DNA from: an uncultured Nitrososphaeraceae archaeon
Lineage (GTDB): Archaea > Thermoproteota > Nitrososphaeria > Nitrososphaerales > Nitrososphaeraceae
NCBI GenBank assembly: GCA_963729045.1
Contig: CAVSMN010000012.1
Span: 64,001 to 128,000 of the forward strand
DNA: 64,000 nucleotides
Direction: 5' to 3'
A model generated the notes under the pieces. It was given only the letters and a program-made list of their open reading frames with translations. It was not told the origin of the DNA and did not search any database. Below are positions 20,540 through 32,122 of the stretch, in pieces. The position numbers and the translations under genes were made by a program. Every line of letters starts with the position of its first letter. Positions within the stretch are counted from its first letter, which is position 1.

Positions 20540-21352
20540 ATGGCTAGCAATTTAATAATCATAAAGTTAGGCGGATCGGTAGTTACATTCAAAGACAAAC
20601 CTTTATCTCCAAACTACGAGGGGATCGATAAAATATTAAAAGTGTTAGGTGAAATCAAGAAAAATTTTAAGATTATCATTGTTCATGGTGGAGGTTCTTT
20701 TGGTCACTATTGGTCTGTAAAATATGATATGCATACCAAGCCATACCCATATTCGGATCTAGGTGTATCTGTAGTCCATGAATCCATGATCAAACTAAAT
20801 CACATAATTATCAATAAATTTATAGAGTCCAAATTAAAACCTTATTCGATTCAACCATCTGCATTCGTATTTAACAGCGCCGCGGATCCTGCGAGAATAC
20901 ATGATATCCTTGCCATGACCACTGGGAATGATTTGATACCTATTACGTTTGGAGATGTAATACATACCTCTGAAAATAAATTTTCAATTCTTTCTGGAGA
21001 TACTATAATGTCTATGTTATGCACAGAATTACATCCAGATTTCTCCATTTTTACCACAAATGTAGATGGATTATACAATGATATGAATAAAGGGGAAATA
21101 GTCCGGGAAATTCGAGTAGACAAGACAGATAATAACAATATTTTTCTAAAAGGTGAGATGCAAAAGGATAACCCTGACTCTTCTTTTGATGTTACAGGAG
21201 GAATGAAACGGAAAATAACTGAATCTATTCAAATTGCAAAATCAGGAACACCAGCATATTTGATTAATGGTTTCCATCCAGAAAGGATATTAGATATAAT
21301 TCACGATCGTGAATATATTGGCACATGTATAAGAAAGGGCTCTGGGAGTTAG
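20540..21352 (+). CDS. ipk: Isopentenyl phosphate kinase
   Basis: IKLGGSVVT, VHGGGSFGH, SGD and DVTGGM; located between mvk and fni. Confidence 0.9.
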   Translation: MASNLIIIKLGGSVVTFKDKPLSPNYEGIDKILKVLGEIKKNFKIIIVHGGGSFGHYWSVKYDMHTKPYPYSDLGVSVVHESMIKLNHIIINKFIESKLKPYSIQPSAFVFNSAADPARIHDILAMTTGNDLIPITFGDVIHTSENKFSILSGDTIMSMLCTELHPDFSIFTTNVDGLYNDMNKGEIVREIRVDKTDNNNIFLKGEMQKDNPDSSFDVTGGMKRKITESIQIAKSGTPAYLINGFHPERILDIIHDREYIGTCIRKGSGS

Positions 21353-21393
21353 GACGGAAATGAAATATTCAGATTTCTGGGAGGGAGTTAGAT

Positions 21394-22512
21394 ATGGATA
21401 GCGAAGACCATTCAATCTCCGAAAAACAAATTGAAATGATAAAGAGGAGAAAAAAAGAAGGAATAGACATTCCTCTGAAACAAAAGGTTCAGGGCAAAGA
21501 AACTACAACTCTTTTGGAGGATGTATATTTGATCCACAATGCGTTGCCCGAAATCAATATAGAAGATATAAAATTGAATACAGTTTTCCTTGGCAGGAAC
21601 TTTTCTGCTCCCATTATCATTGACTCGATGACTGGCGGTACTGATGAAGCACTAGTTATAAACAAAAGATTGGGTCAAATAGCTGAGAAGTATGGATTAG
21701 CAATGGGACTTGGAAGTCAAAGGGCTGGACTAAAAAGTGACAAGCTGGTTCAGAGTTATGCTGTTGCTCGCAGCGTTGCCCCAAATGCTTTTTTGATTGC
21801 AAATATAGGTGGGGCCCAACTTGCTGAAGGATTATCAAAAGATGATGTGAAAAAAATCATAAAAATGATTGATGCTGACGCATTAGCCATACATTTGAAC
21901 CCACTTCAAGAACTGATTCAACCCGAAGGGGAACCAAATTTTAAGGGAATTCTACAAAAAATAACCTCTCTAGTAAATGAAATAGAGATTCCTGTCATAG
22001 TAAAAGAAGTGGGCTCTGGAATTTCGCCTGAGGTTGCTCTCAAACTCCAAAGTGCTGGAATTGGGGCTATTAACGTGGCAGGATCGGGAGGTACCAGCTG
22101 GGCCGGAATTGAAAAAATAAGAGCGGATAATGCCAACAGTGATATAAAATCTAATTTGGGCACCCTTTTTTGGGATTGGGGCATTCCAACTGCTCTGTGC
22201 GTATTGTTGACTTCAAGATCAGTAAAAATCCCTGTGATTGCTTCGGGTGGACTCCGCAACGGCCTAGAAATAGCCAAGTGTTTGATGCTTGGAGCTAAAA
22301 TGTGTGCAATGGCCTTTCCTTTCTTAAGAAAGGCTGCAGAATCCGAATATGAGTTAGACAAGTTTACACAGTTGATTTTAGCGCAGCTGAGAGGTACGAT
22401 GTTTTTGTTAGGTTCATCTGATATTGATTCCTTGGTGAATACAAGATATATATTGAAAGATAAATTAGCAAGTATGTTGAATAGTTATGAGTTCAGAAGA
22501 CATAAAAACTGA
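21394..22512 (+). CDS. fni: Type 2 isopentenyl-diphosphate delta-isomerase
   Basis: MTGG, GSQRA, HLNPLQELIQPEG, KEVGSG, GGTSW and SGGLRNG. Confidence 0.95.
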   Translation: MDSEDHSISEKQIEMIKRRKKEGIDIPLKQKVQGKETTTLLEDVYLIHNALPEINIEDIKLNTVFLGRNFSAPIIIDSMTGGTDEALVINKRLGQIAEKYGLAMGLGSQRAGLKSDKLVQSYAVARSVAPNAFLIANIGGAQLAEGLSKDDVKKIIKMIDADALAIHLNPLQELIQPEGEPNFKGILQKITSLVNEIEIPVIVKEVGSGISPEVALKLQSAGIGAINVAGSGGTSWAGIEKIRADNANSDIKSNLGTLFWDWGIPTALCVLLTSRSVKIPVIASGGLRNGLEIAKCLMLGAKMCAMAFPFLRKAAESEYELDKFTQLILAQLRGTMFLLGSSDIDSLVNTRYILKDKLASMLNSYEFRRHKN

Positions 22513-23494
22513 AATCAATCTTGTTGCTTCTAAAATAAATCAATTTATTCTCAATAATATTTCCGGCGAGCCTTTTGGCTTGTATACGGCTTCTTTGCAC
22601 TATATTAATAGTGGGGGTAAGAGGCTGAGACCTTTTATGACTATAAAATCCAGCGAACTTCTTAATGGGAATTTACAATCTTCGCTTCCGGCCGCTGCTT
22701 CTGTAGAATTAATTCATAATTTTACATTGGTTCACGACGACATAATGGATAATGATAACGTTAGGCATAACGTAACTACAGTACATCAGCAATTTGGAAT
22801 TCCTTTGGCAATTCTAGCTGGAGATGTCCTCTTTTCAAAAGCATTCCAAGTGATATCTATTCATGGAAAGAAGGTTGGACTTGATCAATCCGTTCTGTTG
22901 AGGATGGTGGACTTGTTATCCACTTCTTGTATTGATGTCTGCGAGGGACAAGCCTTGGATATACAAATGGCTCAGGACGACGAGTTTTCATCAACAGGAT
23001 CATATATTAAAATGATTGAAAAAAAAACGGCCGCCCTGTTTAGGGTTTCCTGCGAATTGGGCACTCTTTCATCACCTGATTTTACCGAAAATGATTTAGG
23101 AAATATGTCTAGATACGGAGAAAAAATCGGCATTGCATTCCAACTAATTGATGATTTGATAGGAATTCATGGAGATTCAAAACTAACTGGCAAATTTGTA
23201 GGAAATGATATACGAGAAGGTAAAAAAACTCTGCCTATTTTATTAGCTTTTCAGAATCTAAATTCTACAGATAAGGATTTATTAAGACAACTGTTTGGCA
23301 GTAAGAATGCGAAAGATTCTGAGATTGCAGAAATGGTGAAAAAAATTGCTGAAATTAGAGTCGATATGGAAGTCCGTGATATTGCAAACAGTTATGCTGA
23401 GGAGGCATTTAAGACATTAAAAAGTTATGATCGGTCTCCTGCCTTAATTTCATTAGAAAATTCTGCAAAATACATTGTAGAACGGAGTTTGTAA
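22487..23494 (+). CDS. Geranylgeranyl diphosphate synthase (polyprenyl synthetase)
   Basis: GGKRLRP, LVHDDIMD, GQALD, KTAALF and FQLIDD. Confidence 0.93.
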   Translation: MSSEDIKTEINLVASKINQFILNNISGEPFGLYTASLHYINSGGKRLRPFMTIKSSELLNGNLQSSLPAAASVELIHNFTLVHDDIMDNDNVRHNVTTVHQQFGIPLAILAGDVLFSKAFQVISIHGKKVGLDQSVLLRMVDLLSTSCIDVCEGQALDIQMAQDDEFSSTGSYIKMIEKKTAALFRVSCELGTLSSPDFTENDLGNMSRYGEKIGIAFQLIDDLIGIHGDSKLTGKFVGNDIREGKKTLPILLAFQNLNSTDKDLLRQLFGSKNAKDSEIAEMVKKIAEIRVDMEVRDIANSYAEEAFKTLKSYDRSPALISLENSAKYIVERSL

Positions 23495-23500
23495 TTTTAA

Positions 23501-25345
23501 ATGATTGCTGATCAGAAATTTGTCAATACTGTTAAGTTGATAGCATTGAAGAATGCTCTGGAGTTTAACAACACAATAAAAATTGACGTTGTTATTTCAA
23601 AGACTTTTTCAATTTCTAAGGACATGGGAGCGAATATTAATATAAAAGAATTGATTCCAGAAATTAAAGAAATTACTAGTGAATTAAGAGATCTTTCAGT
23701 TCATGAAAAAAAGACACTTTATGACTCTATTATCTTGGAAAATAATCATTATTTAAAACATGTCAAAAGTGAAATGGGGGCAACCGATAATATCCAAAAG
23801 GATTCAGAAAATAAAAAGACCAAAACCTCAACTGGAAAGGATATCGAATTTGAACTCCCAAATCTGGAAGGGGCAGTTCAAGGTAAAGTAGTAACAAGAT
23901 TTCCTCCCGAACCCAATGGCTATCCTCATATCGGTCATGCTAAAGCTGCGGTAATTGACGAAGAATATGCTAGGAAATATGGAGGAAAGTTGATCTTGCG
24001 ATATGATGATACTAATCCTCAAAAAGAAAAAATTGAATATTATAGTGCTATAAAAGATGGTCTTGACTGGCTTCAAGTAAGACCAGACGAGATTAAGAAT
24101 ACTTCTGATGATATTGTTAAAATTTATGAATATGGGAAGGAGTTAATCCGGAGAAATTTTGCTTACGTTTGTTCTTGTTCACCAGAAGACATAAAGAGTA
24201 ACCGCCTAAATGCGATTGCGTGTGAATGTACTAATAAATCGATTGAAAATAACTTGTCTGAATTTGAAAGTATGATCGCAGGAAATTACGACCAGAATCA
24301 AGCAATCCTGAGGTACAGGGGTAATATGGCCAGTCTAAACACGGCAATGCGGGATCCAACCCTTTTTAGGGTCATAAAAGGTGGTCAACACCCTAAGGTT
24401 GGATCAAAATATTCATTATGGCCTACTTATGATTTTGCTGCACCTATAGAGGATAGCCTCGACGGCGTCACTCATGCCTTTAGGACAAAAGAATACGAAT
24501 TACGAAATGAACTGTATTTTTCCATCTTAGATAATTTGTCTTTAACAAAACCAAAACTGATTGAATTCTCTAGGTTGGAATTTGAAGGCATTCCAGTTTC
24601 TAAGAGGAAAATTACGCCCTTGATTGAAAAGGGAATAATAAAGAATTGGGATGATCCCAGATTGCCTACCCTCTTGGGATTGAGAAGACGTGGGATCCTG
24701 CCTGAAGCTATAAGGAAATTTGTTCTTTCCCTCAGTATTACACTATCAGAAACAAAACCCTCAATGGAAATATTGGAATCATTTAATAGGAAATTGCTGG
24801 ACTCCAAAGCACAAAGACTCTTTTTTGTCAAGTGTCCAGTCAGAGTGAAAATAGACACGCTTGATATCGATACAGTTGAGATAAGAAATCATCCTACTCT
24901 TGACATGGGCAAGAGGAAGGTGCGGGTAGGAAATATAATTTATATATCTAACGATGATGCAATTAAACTAAAAATCGGAGATACATTAAGATTAATGGAC
25001 TTATGCAATATAGAAATTTTGTCAATTGAAAAAAATCTCAGCAAGGATGATAACGGCGAAAATGAGCCTAATATTGTTATTAATGCAAAAAATAAGGGAA
25101 ATGTAATTTCTCATAATATACCAAAGGTTCAGTGGGTATCAAAGTCCGACTCTCAAAATTATAGGATTTTAAGGCCATTACCTCTTTACGAAGGAGACAA
25201 ATACAATGAAAATAATTTAATAGTGGATTGTGGATTAGCTGAATCCTATATATCAAAACTTGACATTGGAACTGTGATTCAATTTGTTAGATATGGATTC
25301 TGTAAGATTGATGACAACTCTACTGCAATATTTACACATAGGTGA
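23501..25345 (+). CDS. gltX: Glutamate--tRNA ligase
   Basis: TRFPPEPNGYPHIGH (HIGH), VSKRK and WDDPRLPTL. Confidence 0.96.
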   Translation: MIADQKFVNTVKLIALKNALEFNNTIKIDVVISKTFSISKDMGANINIKELIPEIKEITSELRDLSVHEKKTLYDSIILENNHYLKHVKSEMGATDNIQKDSENKKTKTSTGKDIEFELPNLEGAVQGKVVTRFPPEPNGYPHIGHAKAAVIDEEYARKYGGKLILRYDDTNPQKEKIEYYSAIKDGLDWLQVRPDEIKNTSDDIVKIYEYGKELIRRNFAYVCSCSPEDIKSNRLNAIACECTNKSIENNLSEFESMIAGNYDQNQAILRYRGNMASLNTAMRDPTLFRVIKGGQHPKVGSKYSLWPTYDFAAPIEDSLDGVTHAFRTKEYELRNELYFSILDNLSLTKPKLIEFSRLEFEGIPVSKRKITPLIEKGIIKNWDDPRLPTLLGLRRRGILPEAIRKFVLSLSITLSETKPSMEILESFNRKLLDSKAQRLFFVKCPVRVKIDTLDIDTVEIRNHPTLDMGKRKVRVGNIIYISNDDAIKLKIGDTLRLMDLCNIEILSIEKNLSKDDNGENEPNIVINAKNKGNVISHNIPKVQWVSKSDSQNYRILRPLPLYEGDKYNENNLIVDCGLAESYISKLDIGTVIQFVRYGFCKIDDNSTAIFTHR

Positions 25346-25354
25346 TATTAAAAA

Positions 25355-26224
25355 ATGAAAATAGCAAGGATTAGATTGAAAAATTCAGTAGAATCATATG
25401 GAATTGTCTCTGAAGACGGGAAGAAAATAATTACTAAGGAACAAATACAGGAAAAGACTGGAGTTCCTATCCCACCTCGAATCAAGGAATTCTTGTTTGG
25501 TGGTTGGCTGGCAGAAGTAAATTCTGTTGGAGCTAAACTTACTTACGATTTACCAATAAATGAAGTTGATTTGTTGGCTCCACTTCCCAATCCGCCTAAA
25601 ATTATTTGTTTAGCTTTTAATTACTATGATCATGCTCGAGATGCAGGATTAACTCCTTCTGAAGAACCTGTAATATTCCTAAAACCCAGAACGGCGTTAA
25701 ATTCACCTCATGGAAATGTCATCTCCCCCTCTTATGTAAAGCGACTAGATTATGAAGCCGAAATAGCCGTCATTATCGGAAGACAAGTCAAAAAAATTTC
25801 TGAAGAAGATTCATTAGATGCCGTATTTGGTTACATGATATTCCATGATGTTTCTGCGCGAGATATCCAGTTTAGAGATAAGCAGTTCACACGAGGTAAA
25901 AGTATTGATACATTTGCTCCATGCGGCCCTTGGATAACGACTAAGGATGAGATTCAAGATCCTCAAAAACTACGCATTACGACCAAAGTAAATGGCGAAT
26001 TAAGACAAAATTCGTCAAGTAGCAACATGGTAATTCCGATTAGAAAAATAATATCTTCTTTGAGTGATCTCATCACAATCGAACCCGGAGATATCATATC
26101 TACTGGTACCCCTGCGGGAGTAGCTATGTCAATGAAAGAGCCTAGGTATTTGAAACATGATGATATAGTAGAGATTTCTATTGAGGGATTGGGAACGATC
26201 CGAAATCGGATCCTGTTTAGTTAA
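25355..26224 (+). CDS. Fumarylacetoacetate hydrolase family protein
   Basis: KIICLAFNYYDH, LDYEAE, DVSARD, GKSIDTF and TGTPAGV. Confidence 0.92.
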   Translation: MKIARIRLKNSVESYGIVSEDGKKIITKEQIQEKTGVPIPPRIKEFLFGGWLAEVNSVGAKLTYDLPINEVDLLAPLPNPPKIICLAFNYYDHARDAGLTPSEEPVIFLKPRTALNSPHGNVISPSYVKRLDYEAEIAVIIGRQVKKISEEDSLDAVFGYMIFHDVSARDIQFRDKQFTRGKSIDTFAPCGPWITTKDEIQDPQKLRITTKVNGELRQNSSSSNMVIPIRKIISSLSDLITIEPGDIISTGTPAGVAMSMKEPRYLKHDDIVEISIEGLGTIRNRILFS

Positions 26225-26306
26225 TTAGAGTATATTAAAAATCTAACCCGAAATATGATATTTGTCGTAATCTCTTGTGATTATTCCTATCCTATAGTTT
26301 CAGATT

Positions 26307-26618
26307 CTAAGGTTTTTCGTACAACGCCTTTTTTAACTCATTCTCTAATAGTAAACAATATTGTTTGTAAGTTTCTACCAATTGTTCCCTGATATTAGCT
26401 AACTGCATTGACTGGTTGAGAGTTTGTACGCAACTCTCAAGTGATCTCTCAGAGGCGAATAGTTCCATATTTAATTTAAATTTCTTTACCAGTTCTCTCT
26501 GCTCATCACTGATTTCTTCAATTGATTTAATAATTGACTCGATATTTTCATTTAATTGCCTCGTCTCCCTGCCGTCATCCACATTGAGGTGTTTTCGCAA
26601 AAATATCAAACTAAACAC
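26307..26618 (-). CDS. Hypothetical coiled-coil protein
   Basis: Helical, charged ORF; start probably later than called. Confidence 0.55.
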   Translation of the reverse strand: MFSLIFLRKHLNVDDGRETRQLNENIESIIKSIEEISDEQRELVKKFKLNMELFASERSLESCVQTLNQSMQLANIREQLVETYKQYCLLLENELKKALYEKP

Positions 26619-26913
26619 TGGTTGTGCGCATATTTAATTATTTATTTGTTAAGAAGTTCCATGATGCAATTTACCACAAATCTATGACATGTTTAATTCA
26701 CTAGTCTGCAAGTCACATTGTAACTAATATCGGCACAGAAATTCAATTGGTATGATGTATATTCTTGTCTCTTAATCGACATTGCTGTAGAGTCGCAAGG
26801 TGTAGGAAAGTAAAACATGGCATCCTAAACTCAACAGGAGGGTTTTCATATGATTTACAACATATAACAAAGAAATATGTATAATACCCTTTGGCGACTA
26901 AATAATTTAGTTA

Positions 26914-28111
26914 TTGAAATTTGATATAGCTATTGTAGGAGGAGGACCAGCGGGATTATCTGCTGCATATTCTGCATCTAAACAGGGTGCAAAGGTAATC
27001 CTTTTTGAAAAGGATCCTTCGTTTGGTCATAATATTAGGACCAGCGGCGTTACCTGGATCAAAGAAATTGAAAAATTCGATATTACGGAGGAATATTATA
27101 ATCCAATCAGAAATTATTCCTTCGTCTCTCCGACTAATCAAATTAAGATTTCTGGGACACTTAATTCTGCATGTGTCCTTGATGTCAGAAAGACCTATCA
27201 ATATTTAGCATCTAGCGCAGCTTCTGAAGGTAGTACTTTGATGGTTAAAAGCCAAGTCATTGATGTTAAAAAAAATTCACAAGGACATTCAAGCATTTTG
27301 AAAGTAAATTCTCCTAATGGACCATTGGATGTGGAGGCAACTTTAGTAATAGATGCATCTGGCTTTACAAGTTTTGTATCACAGGAAATTAGGATATGTT
27401 GGATCGTGGGGGCGATATGGCATAGGTGCGGAATATGAGTGTTATTGTGATGATGTGGACAAAGAAACTTTATGCCTTATGGTAGGGCAGATTTATTCTG
27501 ACGCCGGTTATGCATGGGTTTTTCCTCTGTCTAAAAATCGCATTAGAATAGGGGTGGGTATCGGGAAGCCAAATTCAGACACCGACCCATTATCCAAATT
27601 AAACCAAATCATCAAAAGTCGTTTGCCTCCACTGAATACACTTGGGAAAATTCAACCTTTGGAGCTTCATTACGGTATGATTCCAAATGAAGGATTGCGT
27701 ACAAATAGTGTCTTTGATGGCTTGATTATGGTTGGAGATACTGTGGGTCAGGCAAATCCCCTGGTTCTAGAAGGCATAAGATACGCCATAGAGTTTGGAC
27801 GTTTGGCTGGGAGGGTAGGAGCTGAATCATTGCAATACAATTCATCCAGAGATTCTTTAAGGCCCTACGAAGTAGCAAACAAGAATCTCCTTGAAAAAAA
27901 AATAAAGTCCGCTTTAAAGGTTCAGTCAAGATGGCTTGGTTTATCTGATTCAGAATGGGACAAAGAAATTGAAATAATAAAAGAATTATCAATAGATGAA
28001 TTTTTAGATTTCATAAAGTCAGATTTTACTTATACTAAAATGGCTAAATTAGCTCTTAATCATCCCAAAATGATGGTTAAGCAATTGTTTAATCTCGTAT
28101 TAAACAAATAG
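26914..28111 (+). CDS. Geranylgeranyl reductase family flavoprotein (+1 frameshift near 27381)
   Basis: VGGGPAG, IDASG, GYAWVFP and VGDTVGQANPLVLEGIRYA. Confidence 0.88.
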
Positions 28112-28153
28112 TTTTTTTATGAACATCAAATAAGAAGATATAAATATCTTATA

Positions 28154-28546
28154 TTGTCAGCCACATTTAATTTGGCAGGAGAAACCGCTACACAATTTCT
28201 TCCAATATTATATTTATTTGGATTTGGGATTTTAGTTGGGGTACCCGCAATAATCATGTCGCGGTTGTTTATGACAAGAAGAAGGTATAATCCAGTAAAA
28301 TTCCTTCCAATGGAATGTGGTCAAGTACCTTCAGGCGAAGGACGATCTCATTTTATGATGCAGTATTATTCTTATATCCTAATGTTTGTCGTCTTTGATG
28401 TAATGTCAATTTTTCTGTATGCTTGGGGTGTTACCTTTTTTTCCATCCCTAAAGAAGCGACTTTGCCTATGATAGGATTTTTGGGAATTATGTTTGCTGC
28501 AATGGGGTATGCATTATTCTTGGCAGGGAGAAAAGGAATCTGGTAA
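28154..28546 (+). CDS. nuoA: NADH-quinone oxidoreductase subunit A
   Basis: MECG and FVVFDV; three TM helices. Confidence 0.93.
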   Translation: MSATFNLAGETATQFLPILYLFGFGILVGVPAIIMSRLFMTRRRYNPVKFLPMECGQVPSGEGRSHFMMQYYSYILMFVVFDVMSIFLYAWGVTFFSIPKEATLPMIGFLGIMFAAMGYALFLAGRKGIW

Positions 28547-28607
28547 TCATGTTGAACCCAATAGATATTAATAACTTGAATTGTAATTATCTATCAAGTG
28601 TAGAGGT

Positions 28608-29123
28608 ATGATAAAGGATCTCGTTAACCCTACCCATTTTAATGTTTTAGTGTCAAAGCTAGGTGATGTTTTGGTCAAAGCTTTGGAGGAACCATTAGGC
28701 TACGCAATTAACTGGGGCCGTGTTTGGTCACTATGGCCCGTTCACTTGGAAACTGCTTGTTGTAGTGTAGAATTTGGTGCTGTTTCAAGTCCGCGCTATG
28801 ACGCTGAACGGTTTGGAATACTGGAAGCTTTTGGTTCATTAAGACAGTGCGATTTGATAGTAGTTCAAGGAACAGTAACCAGGAAAATGGCACCTAGGCT
28901 CAGGATGGTTTATGATCAAATGCCTGAGCCAAAATATGTTATTGCTATGGGAGCCTGTGCGATAACGGGGGGACTATATCTAGATTCATACAATGTTTTG
29001 CCTGGGATAGATAGCATTGTGCCCGTAGATGTTTATGTCCCAGGCTGTCCTCCTAGACCTGAAACTTTAATTCAAGGTACAATGTTGTTGCAAGAAAAAA
29101 TTAAAAGGTCGAAAATAAAATAA
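28608..29123 (+). CDS. nuoB: Complex I subunit B
   Basis: TACCSVE, QMPEPKYVIAMGAC and VPGCPPRPE. Confidence 0.96.
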   Translation: MIKDLVNPTHFNVLVSKLGDVLVKALEEPLGYAINWGRVWSLWPVHLETACCSVEFGAVSSPRYDAERFGILEAFGSLRQCDLIVVQGTVTRKMAPRLRMVYDQMPEPKYVIAMGACAITGGLYLDSYNVLPGIDSIVPVDVYVPGCPPRPETLIQGTMLLQEKIKRSKIK

Positions 29124-29653
29124 TGGAAAAAGACAATACTCAAAATAATCAAACGAACTTGATGGAAGTAAAAGAAGAAAAGAGTAATTTACTATCTAAT
29201 AGTCTCATTAATTCTATTACTACTAATTTTGGAGATCAAGTTAAACTCGTATATAAAAAGGAAAACCGATCCAAGATAATGGTGAGCCCAGAAAATCTTG
29301 TAGAAACGGCTCTATATTTAAGAAATAATCATGGATTTGATCATGCTGAATCAGCTTCAGGGACTGACTATCCCGCTGACAATCAAATTGAAATTAATTA
29401 TCATTTGGGTTCGTATAGTAATACAGATTATTATCCTTACATTGTAGTGTTATCAACGAGAGTCGATCGAACCGATCCCAAGTCGAATAGCTTGATAAAT
29501 ATATTTCCAAGTGTAGAATACCATGAACGGGAAACATATGAAATGCTGGGTGTATATTTTTTGGGACATCCACGTAATGAACGCTTTATATTGCCTGAAG
29601 ATTGGGCGGATATGCCACCTCTCAGAAAGGATTTCCGCATAAAGGGAAGATGA
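29123..29653 (+). CDS. nuoC: Complex I subunit C
   Basis: ERETYEMLGVYFLGHP and PLRKDF. Confidence 0.95.
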   Translation: MEKDNTQNNQTNLMEVKEEKSNLLSNSLINSITTNFGDQVKLVYKKENRSKIMVSPENLVETALYLRNNHGFDHAESASGTDYPADNQIEINYHLGSYSNTDYYPYIVVLSTRVDRTDPKSNSLINIFPSVEYHERETYEMLGVYFLGHPRNERFILPEDWADMPPLRKDFRIKGR

Positions 29654-29660
29654 TAATGAA

Positions 29661-30821
29661 ATGAGCAGTCTGGAAGAAAAAATCGATGAGGCAAAGAAAT
29701 TATCACTTCAAATAACAAAGGAAACTGAAGATGATAAGTTAATGACTTTGAGTGTTGGTCCACAGCATCCAGGGTCCGGCCATTTTAGATTTACCATTAA
29801 AGTAGATGGAGACTATATTGTATTTGTAGATCCTGACCCCGGCTATGTTCATAGGGGGCATGAAAAAATGTGCGAATATAGAAATCACTTTCAAAACATA
29901 CCCCATTTAGAGCGCCCCGTGATTCATGATTCTTGTAACATTACATATTCATACAGTTTGGCTGTGGAGGATCTTGTGGGCATCACAGTTCCTAGAAGGG
30001 GTCAATTTATTAGAGCACTTGCATCGGAGCTTAGTAGACTTTCTTACACATTGTATTGGCTAGCAATATATGGAATATTCTTGGGACATTCAACAATGTT
30101 TATGTGGCCTGCAGGAGATAGAGAATTACTTATCGATTTATTAGAGCGATTGAGTGGGGCAAGAGTAACTAATGCTTTCAATATTCCAGGTGGAGTCAGA
30201 AATGATATTCCATACAATTTTAAAGAAAAATGTTTAGCCCAAGTCAATTATTTTGAAACACGGCTAAAAGAATATGATGATATTTTTTATAACAATCCTT
30301 TGCTAAGACAAAGAACTGAGGGTGTTGGAATATTAACCAAAGAAGATGCGATTAAACTAGGGGTAACAGGATCTGTTCTAAGGGCATCGGGAGTACCATT
30401 TGATGTCAGGAAAGTGGAGCCATATGACGTTTATGATGAAATCGATTTTAATGTTCAATACATGAAAACATGCGATTCTTTTGCAAGAGCATACGTTCCT
30501 GTACTGGATATGCGTGAGTCATGTCACATAATCAGACAATTATTAGATAAGATGCCAGAGTCAGGAGACGTAAGAGAAAAATTGCAATTTAATATTAAAA
30601 GCTCCCCTGGAGAAACATACAAGAGGGTGGAATCAGGACGAGGCGCGTTGGGATATCACGTAGTGAGTGATGGGAGTCCAAGGCCATATAGGGTAAAGGC
30701 ATCGGTAGGTTCATTTAGGAATTTGCTTGCTTTACCTTTCTTGTTAACTGGATCGAAATTAGGTGATATGCCTGCAATATATTGGTCTCTAAATTATTGG
30801 CCGGTGGAGGCTGACAGATAG
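29661..30821 (+). CDS. nuoD: Complex I subunit D
   Basis: GPQHP, GYVHRGHEK and C-terminal EADR; lacks the NiFe Cys ligands. Confidence 0.96.
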   Translation: MSSLEEKIDEAKKLSLQITKETEDDKLMTLSVGPQHPGSGHFRFTIKVDGDYIVFVDPDPGYVHRGHEKMCEYRNHFQNIPHLERPVIHDSCNITYSYSLAVEDLVGITVPRRGQFIRALASELSRLSYTLYWLAIYGIFLGHSTMFMWPAGDRELLIDLLERLSGARVTNAFNIPGGVRNDIPYNFKEKCLAQVNYFETRLKEYDDIFYNNPLLRQRTEGVGILTKEDAIKLGVTGSVLRASGVPFDVRKVEPYDVYDEIDFNVQYMKTCDSFARAYVPVLDMRESCHIIRQLLDKMPESGDVREKLQFNIKSSPGETYKRVESGRGALGYHVVSDGSPRPYRVKASVGSFRNLLALPFLLTGSKLGDMPAIYWSLNYWPVEADR

Positions 30822-32122
30822 TGGGTTCGCTGACTCCCGATTTTAGATTCGGGAATTTCGTAGCTAGTATTGTTTGGCTCTTATTTGTAGTGCTAGCATT
30901 AGTTACCGTACTCATTCTTCCGATAATCTTTTTTACGTTATTTTATGTTCCATTGCCCGTAGTTGAAGGAGAAGTTTTGACCCCCTATCTTTTCTTTTCA
31001 ATGATGGTTGATCCGTCTAGGACACTACCTATCCTTCAATTTTTCATGCATACCGACCTCTTTAGAGCAGCAGTTTTTCCTGGGTTTGTATTTGCGGCTC
31101 TGATAGCAGCAGTTACAATATTTGTCGAACGTAAATTGCTAGCTAAAATGCAATTGCGTGTAGGACCACTATACGCTGGTAAAGTTGAAGGTATTTTCCA
31201 ATTATTAGCGGATGGGCTAAAACTTCTTACAAAGGAGATTATAGTACCTTCGGGAGCTGATAAGCCCATATTCTGGTTGGCTCCAATAATGTTTGTGGCT
31301 ACTGCCGCGGCGGTAGTGGCGTTAATTCCAGTAGCCCCAGGTTGGGTAGTTGCTGATGTTGACGTAGGGTTAATAGCTGCCTTTGCAATACTTGGGTTCT
31401 TTCCATTAATCGCGTTGTTATTTTCATGGGCAAGTAACAGCAAATATCCATTCATAGGCGGATTAAGGGCCCTCCACCAGATGATCGCCTTTGAGATACC
31501 GTTTTTCTTATCCGCCTTGCCGGTTGTTCTTTTATCATCATCTCTTAATCTCACGGAGATTGCCAGGTCACAATATATGATCTGGAATATTTTTTTACTT
31601 CCGATTAACGCTTTTGTATTTTTCATATCTTCTTTGGCTGAATTAGAAAGGATCCCATTCGATTTGCCCGAAGCCGAAAGTGAAATAGTTGCAGGCTGGT
31701 TAACTGAGACTACTGGAATGATTTATGGATTAATACAGCTTGGTAGCTATTTGAAACTATACGCTCTTGCAGGATTGTTTGTAACCCTCTTTTTAGGTGG
31801 ATGGTATGGACCACAAATATTTCCTCCCGAATTAATTCCTGGGGCTCATGAATCTAATTTACCGTTGCTGCAAATGTTAGCCTTAGATGGGGTATACAAT
31901 GCGATTACAGTAAACGGCGTATTCTGGTTTTTGGTGAAAACAATTGTGATCATCTTTTTGATGTTGATAATTAGAGGTATCAATCCGAGAATTAGAATTG
32001 ATATTTTACTTCATACAGGATGGTACAAGCTAATAGTTTTAACATTCATAAATCTGTTCGTCGTATTGATGTTGATTTACGGTGGAATTATTGGACCGGA
32101 GGGAGTGATTTCGATAAGATGA
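30821..32122 (+). CDS. nuoH: Complex I subunit H
   Basis: ERKLLAKMQLRVGP, ADGLKLLTKE and RIPFDLPEAESE. Confidence 0.96.
   Translation: MGSLTPDFRFGNFVASIVWLLFVVLALVTVLILPIIFFTLFYVPLPVVEGEVLTPYLFFSMMVDPSRTLPILQFFMHTDLFRAAVFPGFVFAALIAAVTIFVERKLLAKMQLRVGPLYAGKVEGIFQLLADGLKLLTKEIIVPSGADKPIFWLAPIMFVATAAAVVALIPVAPGWVVADVDVGLIAAFAILGFFPLIALLFSWASNSKYPFIGGLRALHQMIAFEIPFFLSALPVVLLSSSLNLTEIARSQYMIWNIFLLPINAFVFFISSLAELERIPFDLPEAESEIVAGWLTETTGMIYGLIQLGSYLKLYALAGLFVTLFLGGWYGPQIFPPELIPGAHESNLPLLQMLALDGVYNAITVNGVFWFLVKTIVIIFLMLIIRGINPRIRIDILLHTGWYKLIVLTFINLFVVLMLIYGGIIGPEGVISIR

Noticed and set aside
26640..26900. Possible ferredoxin upstream of geranylgeranyl reductase
   Set aside because: Scattered Cys codons but no intact ORF or CxxCxxC motif in the frames examined.
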